From positions 393,683 to 457,682 of the forward strand of contig CAVZRV010000030.1 of the NCBI GenBank assembly GCA_963777605.1: a stretch of 64,000 nucleotides of DNA. Direction: 5' to 3'. The translations under genes were made by a program, and so were the position numbers. Positions 1 to 8,486 of this stretch are shown here, in pieces. The first letter of the stretch is position 1. Each line of letters opens with the position of its first letter. The notes below the pieces were generated by a model, which did not search any database, was not told where the DNA came from, and worked only from the letters and a program-made list of their open reading frames with translations. This stretch comes from an uncultured Acidobacteriota bacterium (GTDB lineage Bacteria; Acidobacteriota; UBA6911; RPQK01; JAPXNP01).

Positions 1-1497
1 GCAGGCCAAAACTTCACGGACCTCAATCTCCAGGCGATCCAGGACGAGGTCAATCCCAACTACTCGGAGACCTATCACTACGACGAACTCTACCGGCTTG
101 ACTCGGCGGAGACCAGTGTCTGGAGCCTCTCCTGGGTCTATGACCGCTACGGCAACCGGCTGAGCCAGTCGGGATCGGGCGGCGTACCGACCGAGACCCT
201 GACGATCAGTACCACGACAAATCGGGTAAGCGGCTGGACCTACGATGCCGCCGGCAATGTCACGGGCGACGGCACGCACACCTATGCGTACGATGCCGAA
301 AACCGCTTGATCACCGTCGATGCGGGAGTCACCGCGACCTACGGCTACGGCCCCAATGGCGAGCGGGTCTGGAAGGTTGCCGGAGGGGTGACGACCTACT
401 ATTACTGGGGGATCGGCGAGAAGGTTTCGGGCTCGTGGACCAAGTTCTTCGTCTCGGGCCTCGGTGGTAAGCTGGTCGAGTACAGCAGTTCGACGACGAA
501 GTTTTTTGTCACCAATCATCTGGGCAGTGTGGCGGCGCGCATGGATGTCAGCGGAACCCTCAGCGAAACCTATCGCTATCTCCCGTTTGGAGAACTGTTT
601 GCCGGTACCGCAACAACCCACGAGTTCTCCGGCAAGGAAAGGGATCAGGAATCGGGCCTCGATTACTTCGGGGCGCGGTATCTGGCGTCAAGTCACGGGA
701 GATGGATGAGCGTGGATCCTGCGTTGGGCAATACGGCGAACCCGCAGCGCCTAAATCGCTATTCATATGTTGGGAACGCACCAACGTCACTTGTCGACCC
801 GAATGGCATGCAATGGACGCTAGTAGACTGCGGAATTATGGAGAATTCGGTCAAAATCACATATGAAACACCGGAGGAAGCGGGAAGCGAATCGAGCTGG
901 TCAGGCGGGAAGAAATACTATTGCATTTACAGTTGGACCGCCGAGCCTCCGCCCCCGAATCCTCCCGTTCCTCCGCCGACGAAACAACAGACCGGTGAGA
1001 CGCCCGCGTTGAAGGCGCTTTCGTTCTCGGCGATGCAGAACATCGTGAAAGCGAATAATCTCTCCGGGCAAAGTGATGAGTTGATTCTCTGCCAAGCTTA
1101 TAGAGAAAGCAAATTCCGGCCATGGGCGGTCAACGGGAAGACCGGAGCAAGCGGTCTTCTTCAGATCCTGCCTGCAGCGGCGCTAGACATCTGGAGTGGG
1201 GAGCCTGGGGGATTTGGAGAAAACGGGTTCTCGGCCGAGACAATCAACGGGTGGTTCTCCCCCGGCGGAAGAATCTTTCAGCCTGGATTCAATATTGCCA
1301 CGGGGACTGCCTATTTGGGGTGGCTGATCTCTGATTGGTCGTCGGTAGGAGGAAGCGTCTGGCAAGCGCTCGACAGATACAGCCACGGTGCCAAGGGCTA
1401 CGCTGACCAGATAGTGAGTTGTGAACAAGAACTGAAGGAGGCACTTGAAAACGGTTCGGATCCAATGCCAGTTCTCAAGAAGGTGCTCCCCCAATGA
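1..1497 (+). CDS. RHS/YD-repeat polymorphic toxin (5' end outside window) with C-terminal SLT/lytic transglycosylase-like domain
   Basis: Frame is open from base 1. YD repeats (YHYDELYRL, YDRYGNR, YDAAGNV, YDAENRL) and RHS core (FSGKERDQESGLDYFGARY...GRWMSVDP...NRYSYVGN.P...DPNG). After a Pro-rich linker come SLT motifs: RES.F.P.A, GASGLLQI, NIATGTAYL, ALDRY. Confidence 0.9.
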   Translation, partial: AGQNFTDLNLQAIQDEVNPNYSETYHYDELYRLDSAETSVWSLSWVYDRYGNRLSQSGSGGVPTETLTISTTTNRVSGWTYDAAGNVTGDGTHTYAYDAENRLITVDAGVTATYGYGPNGERVWKVAGGVTTYYYWGIGEKVSGSWTKFFVSGLGGKLVEYSSSTTKFFVTNHLGSVAARMDVSGTLSETYRYLPFGELFAGTATTHEFSGKERDQESGLDYFGARYLASSHGRWMSVDPALGNTANPQRLNRYSYVGNAPTSLVDPNGMQWTLVDCGIMENSVKITYETPEEAGSESSWSGGKKYYCIYSWTAEPPPPNPPVPPPTKQQTGETPALKALSFSAMQNIVKANNLSGQSDELILCQAYRESKFRPWAVNGKTGASGLLQILPAAALDIWSGEPGGFGENGFSAETINGWFSPGGRIFQPGFNIATGTAYLGWLISDWSSVGGSVWQALDRYSHGAKGYADQIVSCEQELKEALENGSDPMPVLKKVLPQ

Positions 1498-2408
1498 AGA
1501 ATAAACGATGGTGCCTCACAATGCTTGTCGTTGAAATCGCCTTGATTGTCTGTGGTGCCGCGACCAGTGCCAACCTAGTCGAGGAGTCCGAGTTTGTAGC
1601 CTTCTGGACCACTGAGGCTGGAGATACGATCTTCAATTGCGAGGTTCAGTTCTCGGACTACGGCAAGCGTTGGCATAAGCTTGTCATTCTCAAGCAAGAT
1701 TCTGACAGTGCCACTCTTGTTTACGAACCGGACTTCAGCCGAATCCAACAATTCTCAAACATTGATCTGACTGGAGACGGCGCGGACGAAATATTGACCA
1801 GTTGGTCAGATGGGATGGGTTCAGAGGCAGTCGTCATTCAGCTCGTGCCAGTTCCTCGGATCGTATTCCATCAACCGTACAAATACGGTTTTTCCGTTGA
1901 ACCGCAGTTCCAGTACCCATACTTGGATCGCATTCAGATCTTCACCGGAGCTTCGAACCCGGATGATGTAAGTGTTACTTCGTATGAATGGTCACCGGTA
2001 ACAAAGCTATTCGTTGAGCGAGAATCACGGACTATCCATGCTCACCTCTTTGAAACGAGCTCGGGTTCGCCCTCGACAGGTCCGGCGAATGACGGAAGCG
2101 GCTGGCCAGAAGCTTCAATCCGACTTGGGTCAAGGATCTTGCTGTCGCGACTGCTCCATCGCGCGGATCCAGTCGAACCGAGGGAAGCAAGCCTGGCCGG
2201 CTTAGAAGAGGAAGTTGTGGTTGAGTTGCTTGTTGATGACACGGGGAAGGTCGCGTCAGCTCGAGTCATAAAGGGCGATCCAAGGTTATCACAAGCTGTG
2301 TTGGAGGCGGTTCGGCAGTGGAGGTTCGAACCATTGATTGTCGGAAAGCACGCGGTCAAGATGCGATCTTTCGTGACGCTACGATTTCCGGAAGATTTCA
2401 GACGATAG
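1494..2408 (+). CDS. Exported protein with C-terminal TonB_C-like domain; candidate immunity protein
   Basis: ATGA overlap with the RHS stop, N-terminal signal/TM segment, DLTGDGADEI loop, and a TonB C-terminal pattern (V.VELLVD.TG.V..ARVI.G...L.QAVLEAVRQWRFEP). Confidence 0.7.
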   Translation: MKNKRWCLTMLVVEIALIVCGAATSANLVEESEFVAFWTTEAGDTIFNCEVQFSDYGKRWHKLVILKQDSDSATLVYEPDFSRIQQFSNIDLTGDGADEILTSWSDGMGSEAVVIQLVPVPRIVFHQPYKYGFSVEPQFQYPYLDRIQIFTGASNPDDVSVTSYEWSPVTKLFVERESRTIHAHLFETSSGSPSTGPANDGSGWPEASIRLGSRILLSRLLHRADPVEPREASLAGLEEEVVVELLVDDTGKVASARVIKGDPRLSQAVLEAVRQWRFEPLIVGKHAVKMRSFVTLRFPEDFRR

Positions 2409-2714
2409 AAATGCTTACTACGACGTCCGAAGTCGCAGCCGACTGAGCCGGCCGGGTTTGGGAGGGGTTCCCAGGATTCTGGGTTCAAAGTTCTTGGTGC
2501 GGCACTTGGCGAGTGGATGGGATCCTCATAAATTCGCGGGTCGAAGGTGATCTTCTCAGTCTCGACCTGGTCTTCCGGCATTGCCATCGAGCGTACTTAG
2601 TAAGCGTCCGGTGAACCCATCTTTCCTTCAGTAGCCTCCCGACGGATACTCCGCGACAGTGGCGCGGGGCGTGGTGCCTGTGCCGAGGAGTGCGAACTGG
2701 ACCGGAGGGATCCG

Positions 2715-3065
2715 ATGGGGCGAGCGAAGCGGGATGTGGAGAAGGAGCGGTACTGGCGGAAGACGATCCGGGAGGCGGCCGGCAGTGGACTGTCGATCCG
2801 GGAGTTCTGCCGGCGGAATGATCTGAGCGAGAGTCAGTTTCACTGGTGGCAGCGCCGGTTGAGAACGAACGAGCGCGGCGGCTCGAAACGCAAGCCCACA
2901 GATGAGAGCCGGGCGAGCTTCGCGCTGGTCAGCGAGGAGGCGGCAGGGCTGGAAGCCGGTCTGGAGCTGGTCCTGATTGACGGACGTCGGCTGCGCATCG
3001 GCCGGGGAGTGGACGAGGAGACGCTGCGGACGGTGCTCGGGGTGGTGGAGACGAGTGGGTGCTGA
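2715..3065 (+). CDS. tnpA: IS66 accessory protein TnpA
   Basis: W...I......SGLSIREFCRR..L....F.WW.RRL helix-turn-helix pattern; first ORF of the element. Confidence 0.9.
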   Translation: MGRAKRDVEKERYWRKTIREAAGSGLSIREFCRRNDLSESQFHWWQRRLRTNERGGSKRKPTDESRASFALVSEEAAGLEAGLELVLIDGRRLRIGRGVDEETLRTVLGVVETSGC

Positions 3066-3502
3066 GTTTCCCGGCGGCCGTCAAGGTCTATCTGTGCACG
3101 GTGCCCTGCGACATGCGGCGCTCCTTCGACGGACTGTCGATGATGGCCGAGCACGTGATCGGCTGCAATCCCTTCTCGGGTCACCTGCTGGTGTTCTGCA
3201 ATCGCCGCTCGGATCGGGTGAAGATCCTGTACTGGGACCGGGACGGATGGGCGATCTGGTACAAGCGGTTGGAGGCGGGAACGTTCGCCTTTCCCTTTGC
3301 CGAGACGGGACGCAAGGAGATCGCGGCCTGGGAGCTGGGCGTGCTGCTGGAGGGGATCGATCTGGGTCGGGGCCGACGGCGCAAGCGCTACGCTTTGGCG
3401 GGGGAAACGGAAGCGGCGCGGCAAGGGGATGAAAAGGATTGCCGGGAGAGGGCATTTAGGGGTGGACAAAAGCCGAGAGCTCTGCTATGCTCTCGGGTAT
3501 GA
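3059..3502 (+). CDS. tnpB: IS66 accessory protein TnpB
   Basis: DMRRSFDGL, F.NRR.DRVKILYWDRDG..IWYKRLE.G.F and LLEGID motifs. The 3' end may be over-extended. Confidence 0.92.
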   Translation: MLSFPAAVKVYLCTVPCDMRRSFDGLSMMAEHVIGCNPFSGHLLVFCNRRSDRVKILYWDRDGWAIWYKRLEAGTFAFPFAETGRKEIAAWELGVLLEGIDLGRGRRRKRYALAGETEAARQGDEKDCRERAFRGGQKPRALLCSRV

Positions 3503-3859
3503 CAAACGTTTCCTCCACCACGCTGCGCCAACAGATCGAGCAGATCCAAACCGAGCTGGCGGCTCTGGGGCCGATCCACCCCGGGAGCCTCTCCGAACAG
3601 TACAACGTCTGCGGGACGCCGGGCTGCCGCTGCAAGGATCCCGACGACCCCCAAAAGCACGGGCCCTACTACCAGTTGAGCTTCACCTGGCGGGGCAAGA
3701 GCAGCTCGCGGTTCGTCAAACAGGATCGGCTCGAGGCGACCCGCCACAAGGTGGCCAACTACAAACGAGCTGCGCGACCTGGTCAACCGGTGGGTGGACC
3801 TGGCCGTCGAATTGGAGCGGGCCGAACGCGAGGAAGCCAAAGCGCGTCATGGAGCTTGA
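3499..3859 (+). CDS. DUF6788-like small Cys/His protein inside IS66 (one frameshift near 3770)
   Basis: GSLSEQYNVCGTPGCRC...HGPYYQLS motif; continues in another frame as LRDLVNRWVDL...HGA*. Confidence 0.7.
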
Positions 3860-5381
3860 TCCCACCCGGCTGCCGGCCGATCCGGGGGCGCTGCGGGCCA
3901 TCATCCTGGGACTGGTCGAAGATCTGGAGACGAGCCGGCGTCGACTGCGCCAGGCCCAACACCTGTTGGAACAGCTGCTGCGTCACCGCTACGGAGCACG
4001 GCGGGAGCGGGTGGACGAGAACCAGCTGTTCTTGTTTGCCGCCGGGATCGTCGAAAGCGGCAAGGATCGGACACCCCCGGCCAGAGAAGAGACCCCCGCG
4101 CCGAAACCGCAAAGGAGAGGCCATGGTCGCCGGCCGCTGCCGGCCTCGCTCGAGCGCCGCCGGGTGGTCTACGACCTCGGGGAGGACGAACGGCACTGCC
4201 CCGAATGCGGGGATCCCCTGCACCACATCGGAGAGGAGACGAGCGAACGGCTCGAGTACGTCCCGGCCTGCTTTCAGGTGATCGAGGAATCGTGTCAAAA
4301 GTACGCCTGCCGGAAGGGATGCACGGTGGTGACGGCCGACAAACCGCGGGCGCCGATCGACAAGGGAAGGCCGGGGCCGGGACTGCTGGCCCAGGTGGCG
4401 GTCTCGAAGTACGCCGACCATTTGCCGCTGTATCGTCAGGAAGGCATCTATCGGCGGCAGGGCGTGGAGTTGTCGCGCCAGACCCTGTGCGGGTGGATGC
4501 GGCAATGCGCCGAACTCGTCGATCCTTTGTATGAACGGATGAAGCGTGAGGTCCTGAGCTCGAAGGTGGTCGGAACCGACGATACGCCGGTCAACGTCCT
4601 CGACCGGAGCCGATCGCGGACCCGGGTGGGTCGGATCTGGACCTACGTGGGGGACGACCGGCATCCTTACACGGTCTACGACTACACGCCCAATCGCAGC
4701 CGGGCCGGACCGCAAGCGTTCCTCGACGACTTCACCGGATATCTGCAGGCGGACGCCTACGCCGGTTACGATCAGCTCTATCAGGATCCCAGACGCCCGG
4801 TCGTTGAGGTGGCCTGCTGGGCACACGCCCGGCGCAAGTTCTTCGAGGCCCAGTCGTCGGACGTGATGCGTTCGACGGTTTTACTGGCCTACATCCGGCT
4901 GTTGTACGACGTCGAACGGGAGGCCCGAAAGGCCAGGCTGACGGCAAAGCAACGTGATCGGTTACGGCGCCGGCGCTCGGGGCCGATTCTCGACGACATC
5001 CACGCCTACCTGGAAAAGGAGCGGGAACAGGTCTTGCCGAAGTCTCCGATCGGGGTGGCCATCGGCTATGCGCTCTCGAACTGGCGGGCGTTGGTCCGCT
5101 ACCTGGAGGACGGGGATCTCGAGATCGACAACAACCCGGCCGAGCGCAGTCTGCGAGGGATCGCCATCGGCCGCAAGAACTGGATGTTCTACGGTAGCGA
5201 CAACGGCGGGCGGACCGGAGCGGTCCTGACCAGCCTCATCACCACGTGCCGCAGGCACGACATCGACCCCTTCGACTATTTGCGCGACATCTTCGAGCGT
5301 ATCGGCGAGCATCCGCACACCCGGCTCGACGAACTCCTGCCCGATCGTTGGCAGCCTGCCCGGACGACCGCAACCTCCTGA
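3849..5381 (+). CDS. tnpC: IS66 DDE transposase TnpC
   Basis: CPECG zinc finger, KYADHLPLYRQ, DDTP, LQADAYAGY, CWAHARRKF, DNN.AER.LR, and ELLP.W C-terminus. Confidence 0.95.
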   Translation: MELDPTRLPADPGALRAIILGLVEDLETSRRRLRQAQHLLEQLLRHRYGARRERVDENQLFLFAAGIVESGKDRTPPAREETPAPKPQRRGHGRRPLPASLERRRVVYDLGEDERHCPECGDPLHHIGEETSERLEYVPACFQVIEESCQKYACRKGCTVVTADKPRAPIDKGRPGPGLLAQVAVSKYADHLPLYRQEGIYRRQGVELSRQTLCGWMRQCAELVDPLYERMKREVLSSKVVGTDDTPVNVLDRSRSRTRVGRIWTYVGDDRHPYTVYDYTPNRSRAGPQAFLDDFTGYLQADAYAGYDQLYQDPRRPVVEVACWAHARRKFFEAQSSDVMRSTVLLAYIRLLYDVEREARKARLTAKQRDRLRRRRSGPILDDIHAYLEKEREQVLPKSPIGVAIGYALSNWRALVRYLEDGDLEIDNNPAERSLRGIAIGRKNWMFYGSDNGGRTGAVLTSLITTCRRHDIDPFDYLRDIFERIGEHPHTRLDELLPDRWQPARTTATS

Positions 5382-5443
5382 GTTCGCCGCAGCCATTCCA
5401 CACGCCGGCACCACAGATCAAGATGGGTTCACCGGACGCTTAC

Positions 5444-5887
5444 GTACGGAGTCAGGGAGATTCGAGGGCAGTAGAGGCGTACCAACTCGGCCGTGTCGAT
5501 AGTGATCACGTCATGGGCTCGATCCCGATAGGGCTTCCCAATGAGCAGTCGATCCAGTCGAGCCTCGTCCACCCAGAAGAACACTTTGCTGTTCAGGAGT
5601 CGGCACCATTCACCGGGAGTCATGTCGATGAGGACCTTCCTCAGAGTCGATTCTCTAAGAACCTTTTGGTCGCGTATCACGACGTCCGGCAGACCGTCGT
5701 GGCGAAGAACAACTGATTCCTTTCGGGGCTCACACTCGATGGGATAGCGGATTTCCGGAGGGACCTGATACAGGTCGAGCAGCGCCGACGTGCTCAGAAG
5801 TCCGAGCTTACAGATGCTGTCCCACGCTCCTGCTTCGGCCATGTGGCAGACGAGCGGGTAGGTGGCGACGAGGTCCTCAACTCTCAT
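5444..5887 (-). pseudogene. DUF7002-like protein, 3'-truncated by IS66
   Basis: HMAE.GAW.SI..LGLLSTSALLD, RDQ and LNSKVFFW motifs. The frame runs into the IS66 right end. ATGA-coupled to the upstream PurA-like ORF. Confidence 0.6.
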
Positions 5888-6363
5888 TCCCGAGGCTCCC
5901 CTCTCCACGTACGCCGATCGATGATGGATCGGAAATCAAACCTGGTGGAAATCAACGAAACCGGTGCTTGGGCAACGGCCTCCACTTCTTGCACGAAGCG
6001 AATGCTGTCTTCAGTAAGCTGCTCAAACCTGCGAGCTTCTCGATTCGCTTTGTCGATGTAGTCGACAAAAGACAGTGCGATATCGGTCGGTCCATTCAAA
6101 AGTGTCGCCCGGTGAAGCAGATGCCAGTCAAACTCAGCAACTCGTCGCATCCTCTTTGTTGTGGATGTTAGCTCATTCCCGAGTAGTTCTTTCAACGGAA
6201 TGCGTGATCTCCTGCTCACTTCCTTCCAGTCGATTTCTCCAGACATCGGTCCGGATGTTCCCTTCTTTGGTGACTCTACTCGGATCGGATAGGTTCTGCA
6301 GACCATTACGATTCTTCGAACCCTGGACGGGGCAATTCCCGCCTCTGACAGGCATCCGGACAC
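5884..6363 (-). pseudogene. C-terminal half of a short (archaeal/PurZ-type) adenylosuccinate synthetase-like protein
   Basis: RTYPIRV...SGP...EI.W, TSTTKRMRRV.EFD and NGPTDIALSF.DY motifs. The N-terminal GDxGKG half is absent. Confidence 0.75.
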
Positions 6364-6812
6364 TCGGGATCAATGAGGTAGTAGTCGCTATCGTGTCGCT
6401 TGGTCTTGAGCCCGCCGACCTCCTGCTTTTCCCGCAGGAAGGCGTAATCACGTAGGGACGGTCTGCGCTCGTGTCGCTTGTAGCTTTCCAGGAGTTCCGC
6501 GATCCCTCTTGTCTGCCCGATATTCAACGGGCCTTCGACATTTCGTCTGACGTCGAAAAAGAGCTCCGCAATGTTGATGGCGAGACTCTCCAGCATGTTT
6601 CCGAGCGAGCTGTCCAGGGATCGAACCAGAGCGGTGTAGTACTGAATCTCCGGGCCGAGTGCGGCAATGAAGACATTGTGGATCTTCATGTTCAAAGTGC
6701 CATTTGGGTCGTCAACCTCCCCTTCGTGGCGAGCTTGAAAGCCGGTGGCGTAGGACTCCACGGCCGTATGCACGAGAGCCCGAATGGCACTCTCGTCGGT
6801 TACCGATTTCAT
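6364..6812 (-). pseudogene. N-terminal part of a TdeIII-like type II restriction endonuclease
   Basis: RSLDSSLGNMLE.LA and D.DY.L motifs. Similarity ends at IDPE, before the expected E-x-K catalytic segment, where the PurA-like fragment begins. Confidence 0.55.
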
Positions 6813-7049
6813 TGAGTCGGGATGTAAATAATTAGAAAGAAGTGACTTCTTCAGTATAGAGGAATGCAGAAATTCTGCAAGAACGAGCTAAACACACAGG
6901 AGAACACGACTTTCTCAGCGTGAAAGACCAGAGACTCCGCAGGAGAGCTGTACGACTCAAGAAACTAAGAGGTTTGGACCGTCTACAAAACTGACTACAG
7001 GGGGATTTTGAGCGGATTCCGGAAACAGCTGTAAACTATTGAAAACAAA

Positions 7050-7099
7050 TGGTGAAGGTAATCGGACTCGAACCGCCGACCCCCTGCGTGCAAAGCAGG
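7050..7099 (-). other. 3' half of tRNA-Ala(UGC); att-like core, not a functional tRNA
   Basis: Minus strand reads CCTGCTTTGCACGCAGGGGGTCGGCGGTTCGAGTCCGATTACCTTCACCA (anticodon arm, T-loop, CCA). No 5' acceptor strand or D-arm upstream. Confidence 0.8.
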
Positions 7100-7697
7100 G
7101 CCGTTCCAAACCCGGAAATGTCCGTTTTATGGGCTTCTTGTTTTCAGTGAGTTACGGCCAGCCTGTTGAGGTTCCTGACTCTGTGTGGGTTTGAGGGGCT
7201 CTGAGCGACTACAATTCTGACTACAGGCAGATGTCCCATTTCGTCATTAAAGGTTCCTCCACGGGGGCCGGGATCACCAGAAAACCTCCTCCGGACAAAG
7301 ACATGTGTAATTACTGTCTTTCCCGCTGACGTAATGACTGAATCGTCCTTGCCTTGGTGAGCCGGGAAAGGCTGGATACGCCACATAATCAAATCCTCAG
7401 CGGAGACGAATGGCACGTGTTGAGCGTCTGGTCAACCGGCAGGATTGCGGACACAACTCCCGGCGCCCAGCAGGACATGCATGGACTGGCAGACTAGGCG
7501 GTTGGCTCAGCAGAGGCAGACAAGACAATCCAGTCACAACCTAAGTGTGGAGAGGCCTGCCCCGCTTGCCGAACCTCGCGCAGGGTTATCGTTTGGCACT
7601 ACAGATCCACAGAGTGAGAGCCTGCCCATGGCCCACAGTTTTACCTGTTCGGTACAGCGAGAACTGAGCCGGGGCATTCAATAACCCACCGCTCATA

Positions 7698-8486
7698 GGT
7701 ATTGTCAACTTAACGATGAGATGGCGATACAGGTCCCCAAAATCCGCTTTATTAGGAGATGGACGTCACCTGTTGCCAACACTCGAAAGCACGGTCCCGG
7801 AGGAGTCGATGGTGGCACGAGCGAAGGAGGTGTCGCCCCACTCGAAACAGGTTCTGAACGGCTGCGTGAATGCTCAGGAATCGCTGGGCTTGCCCTACGG
7901 ACTTGAATCGTCGCATCTGGCGTTCTCGCTGTCGAGTCGGCTGGTGTGATACCTCAACCCGGTTGTTCTCGTATTGCCCAGTTGCATGGGGAATCGTTGG
8001 AATCAGTTCTCGATGAGCGGCAGTAGCTTCCCAGCTTGTCGGTGACAAGCCTGTTGAGACCAGATCTTTGTGGGCTTTCAGGAGCTTACGAAAGAACCGC
8101 TTGGCGGCCTGTCGATCTCGTCTGTTCTGCAGCAGAATGTCGATCGTGTCTCCGTCTTGGTCGGCAGCTCGCCAGAGGTAGTCTCGTTCTCCACGGATCG
8201 TGACGAAGAGTTCATCGAGATGCCAAGTGTCCCCCAGTCGACCCTCTTTGTTCCTCAGCCTCCGCGCGTAGACCGTCCCGAACTTGCGACACCAGTACCG
8301 CACGGACTCGTACGAAACGGCAATTCCGCGCTCAGCCAAGAGGCCCTCGACATCTCGGAAACTGAGACTGAAGCGGTGATACAACCAGAAGGCGTAACTA
8401 ATGATCGGAGATGGAAAGCGATGTCGGGTGTAGCTCGGGGTGTTCATCCCGCCATTCTCGCCGACGGCCGTTAATTTGACGGTGCC
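7698..8486 (-). mobile_element. IS6-family insertion sequence
   Basis: Imperfect terminal inverted repeats GGTATTGTCAACTTAACG (7698-7715) and GGCACCGTCAAATTAACG (reverse complement of 8469-8486) around an IS6 transposase. Confidence 0.88.
7752..8447 (-). CDS. IS6-family DDE transposase (possibly degenerate)
   Basis: RHRFP..II....W.Y.RF.LS.RDVE, WHLDE, YLWRA.D, NNR.E.SH and R.MRRFKS motifs. Confidence 0.9.
   Translation of the reverse strand: MNTPSYTRHRFPSPIISYAFWLYHRFSLSFRDVEGLLAERGIAVSYESVRYWCRKFGTVYARRLRNKEGRLGDTWHLDELFVTIRGERDYLWRAADQDGDTIDILLQNRRDRQAAKRFFRKLLKAHKDLVSTGLSPTSWEATAAHRELIPTIPHATGQYENNRVEVSHQPTRQRERQMRRFKSVGQAQRFLSIHAAVQNLFRVGRHLLRSCHHRLLRDRAFECWQQVTSIS

Larger units (their letters stand above)
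2600..5443 (+). mobile_element. IS66-family insertion sequence
   Basis: Perfect 24-bp terminal inverted repeats GTAAGCGTCCGGTGAACCCATCTT (2600-2623 and 5420-5443) enclose tnpA, tnpB and tnpC. Confidence 0.95.

Noticed and set aside
3297-3848. N-terminal extension of the 694-aa TnpC ORF
   Set aside because: It overlaps tnpB and the DUF6788-like ORF in other frames; TnpC-like sequence starts at ATG 3849.
7050-7125. Functional tRNA-Ala gene
   Set aside because: The 5' acceptor strand and D-arm are missing and the T-stem is imperfect, so it is treated as an att core.
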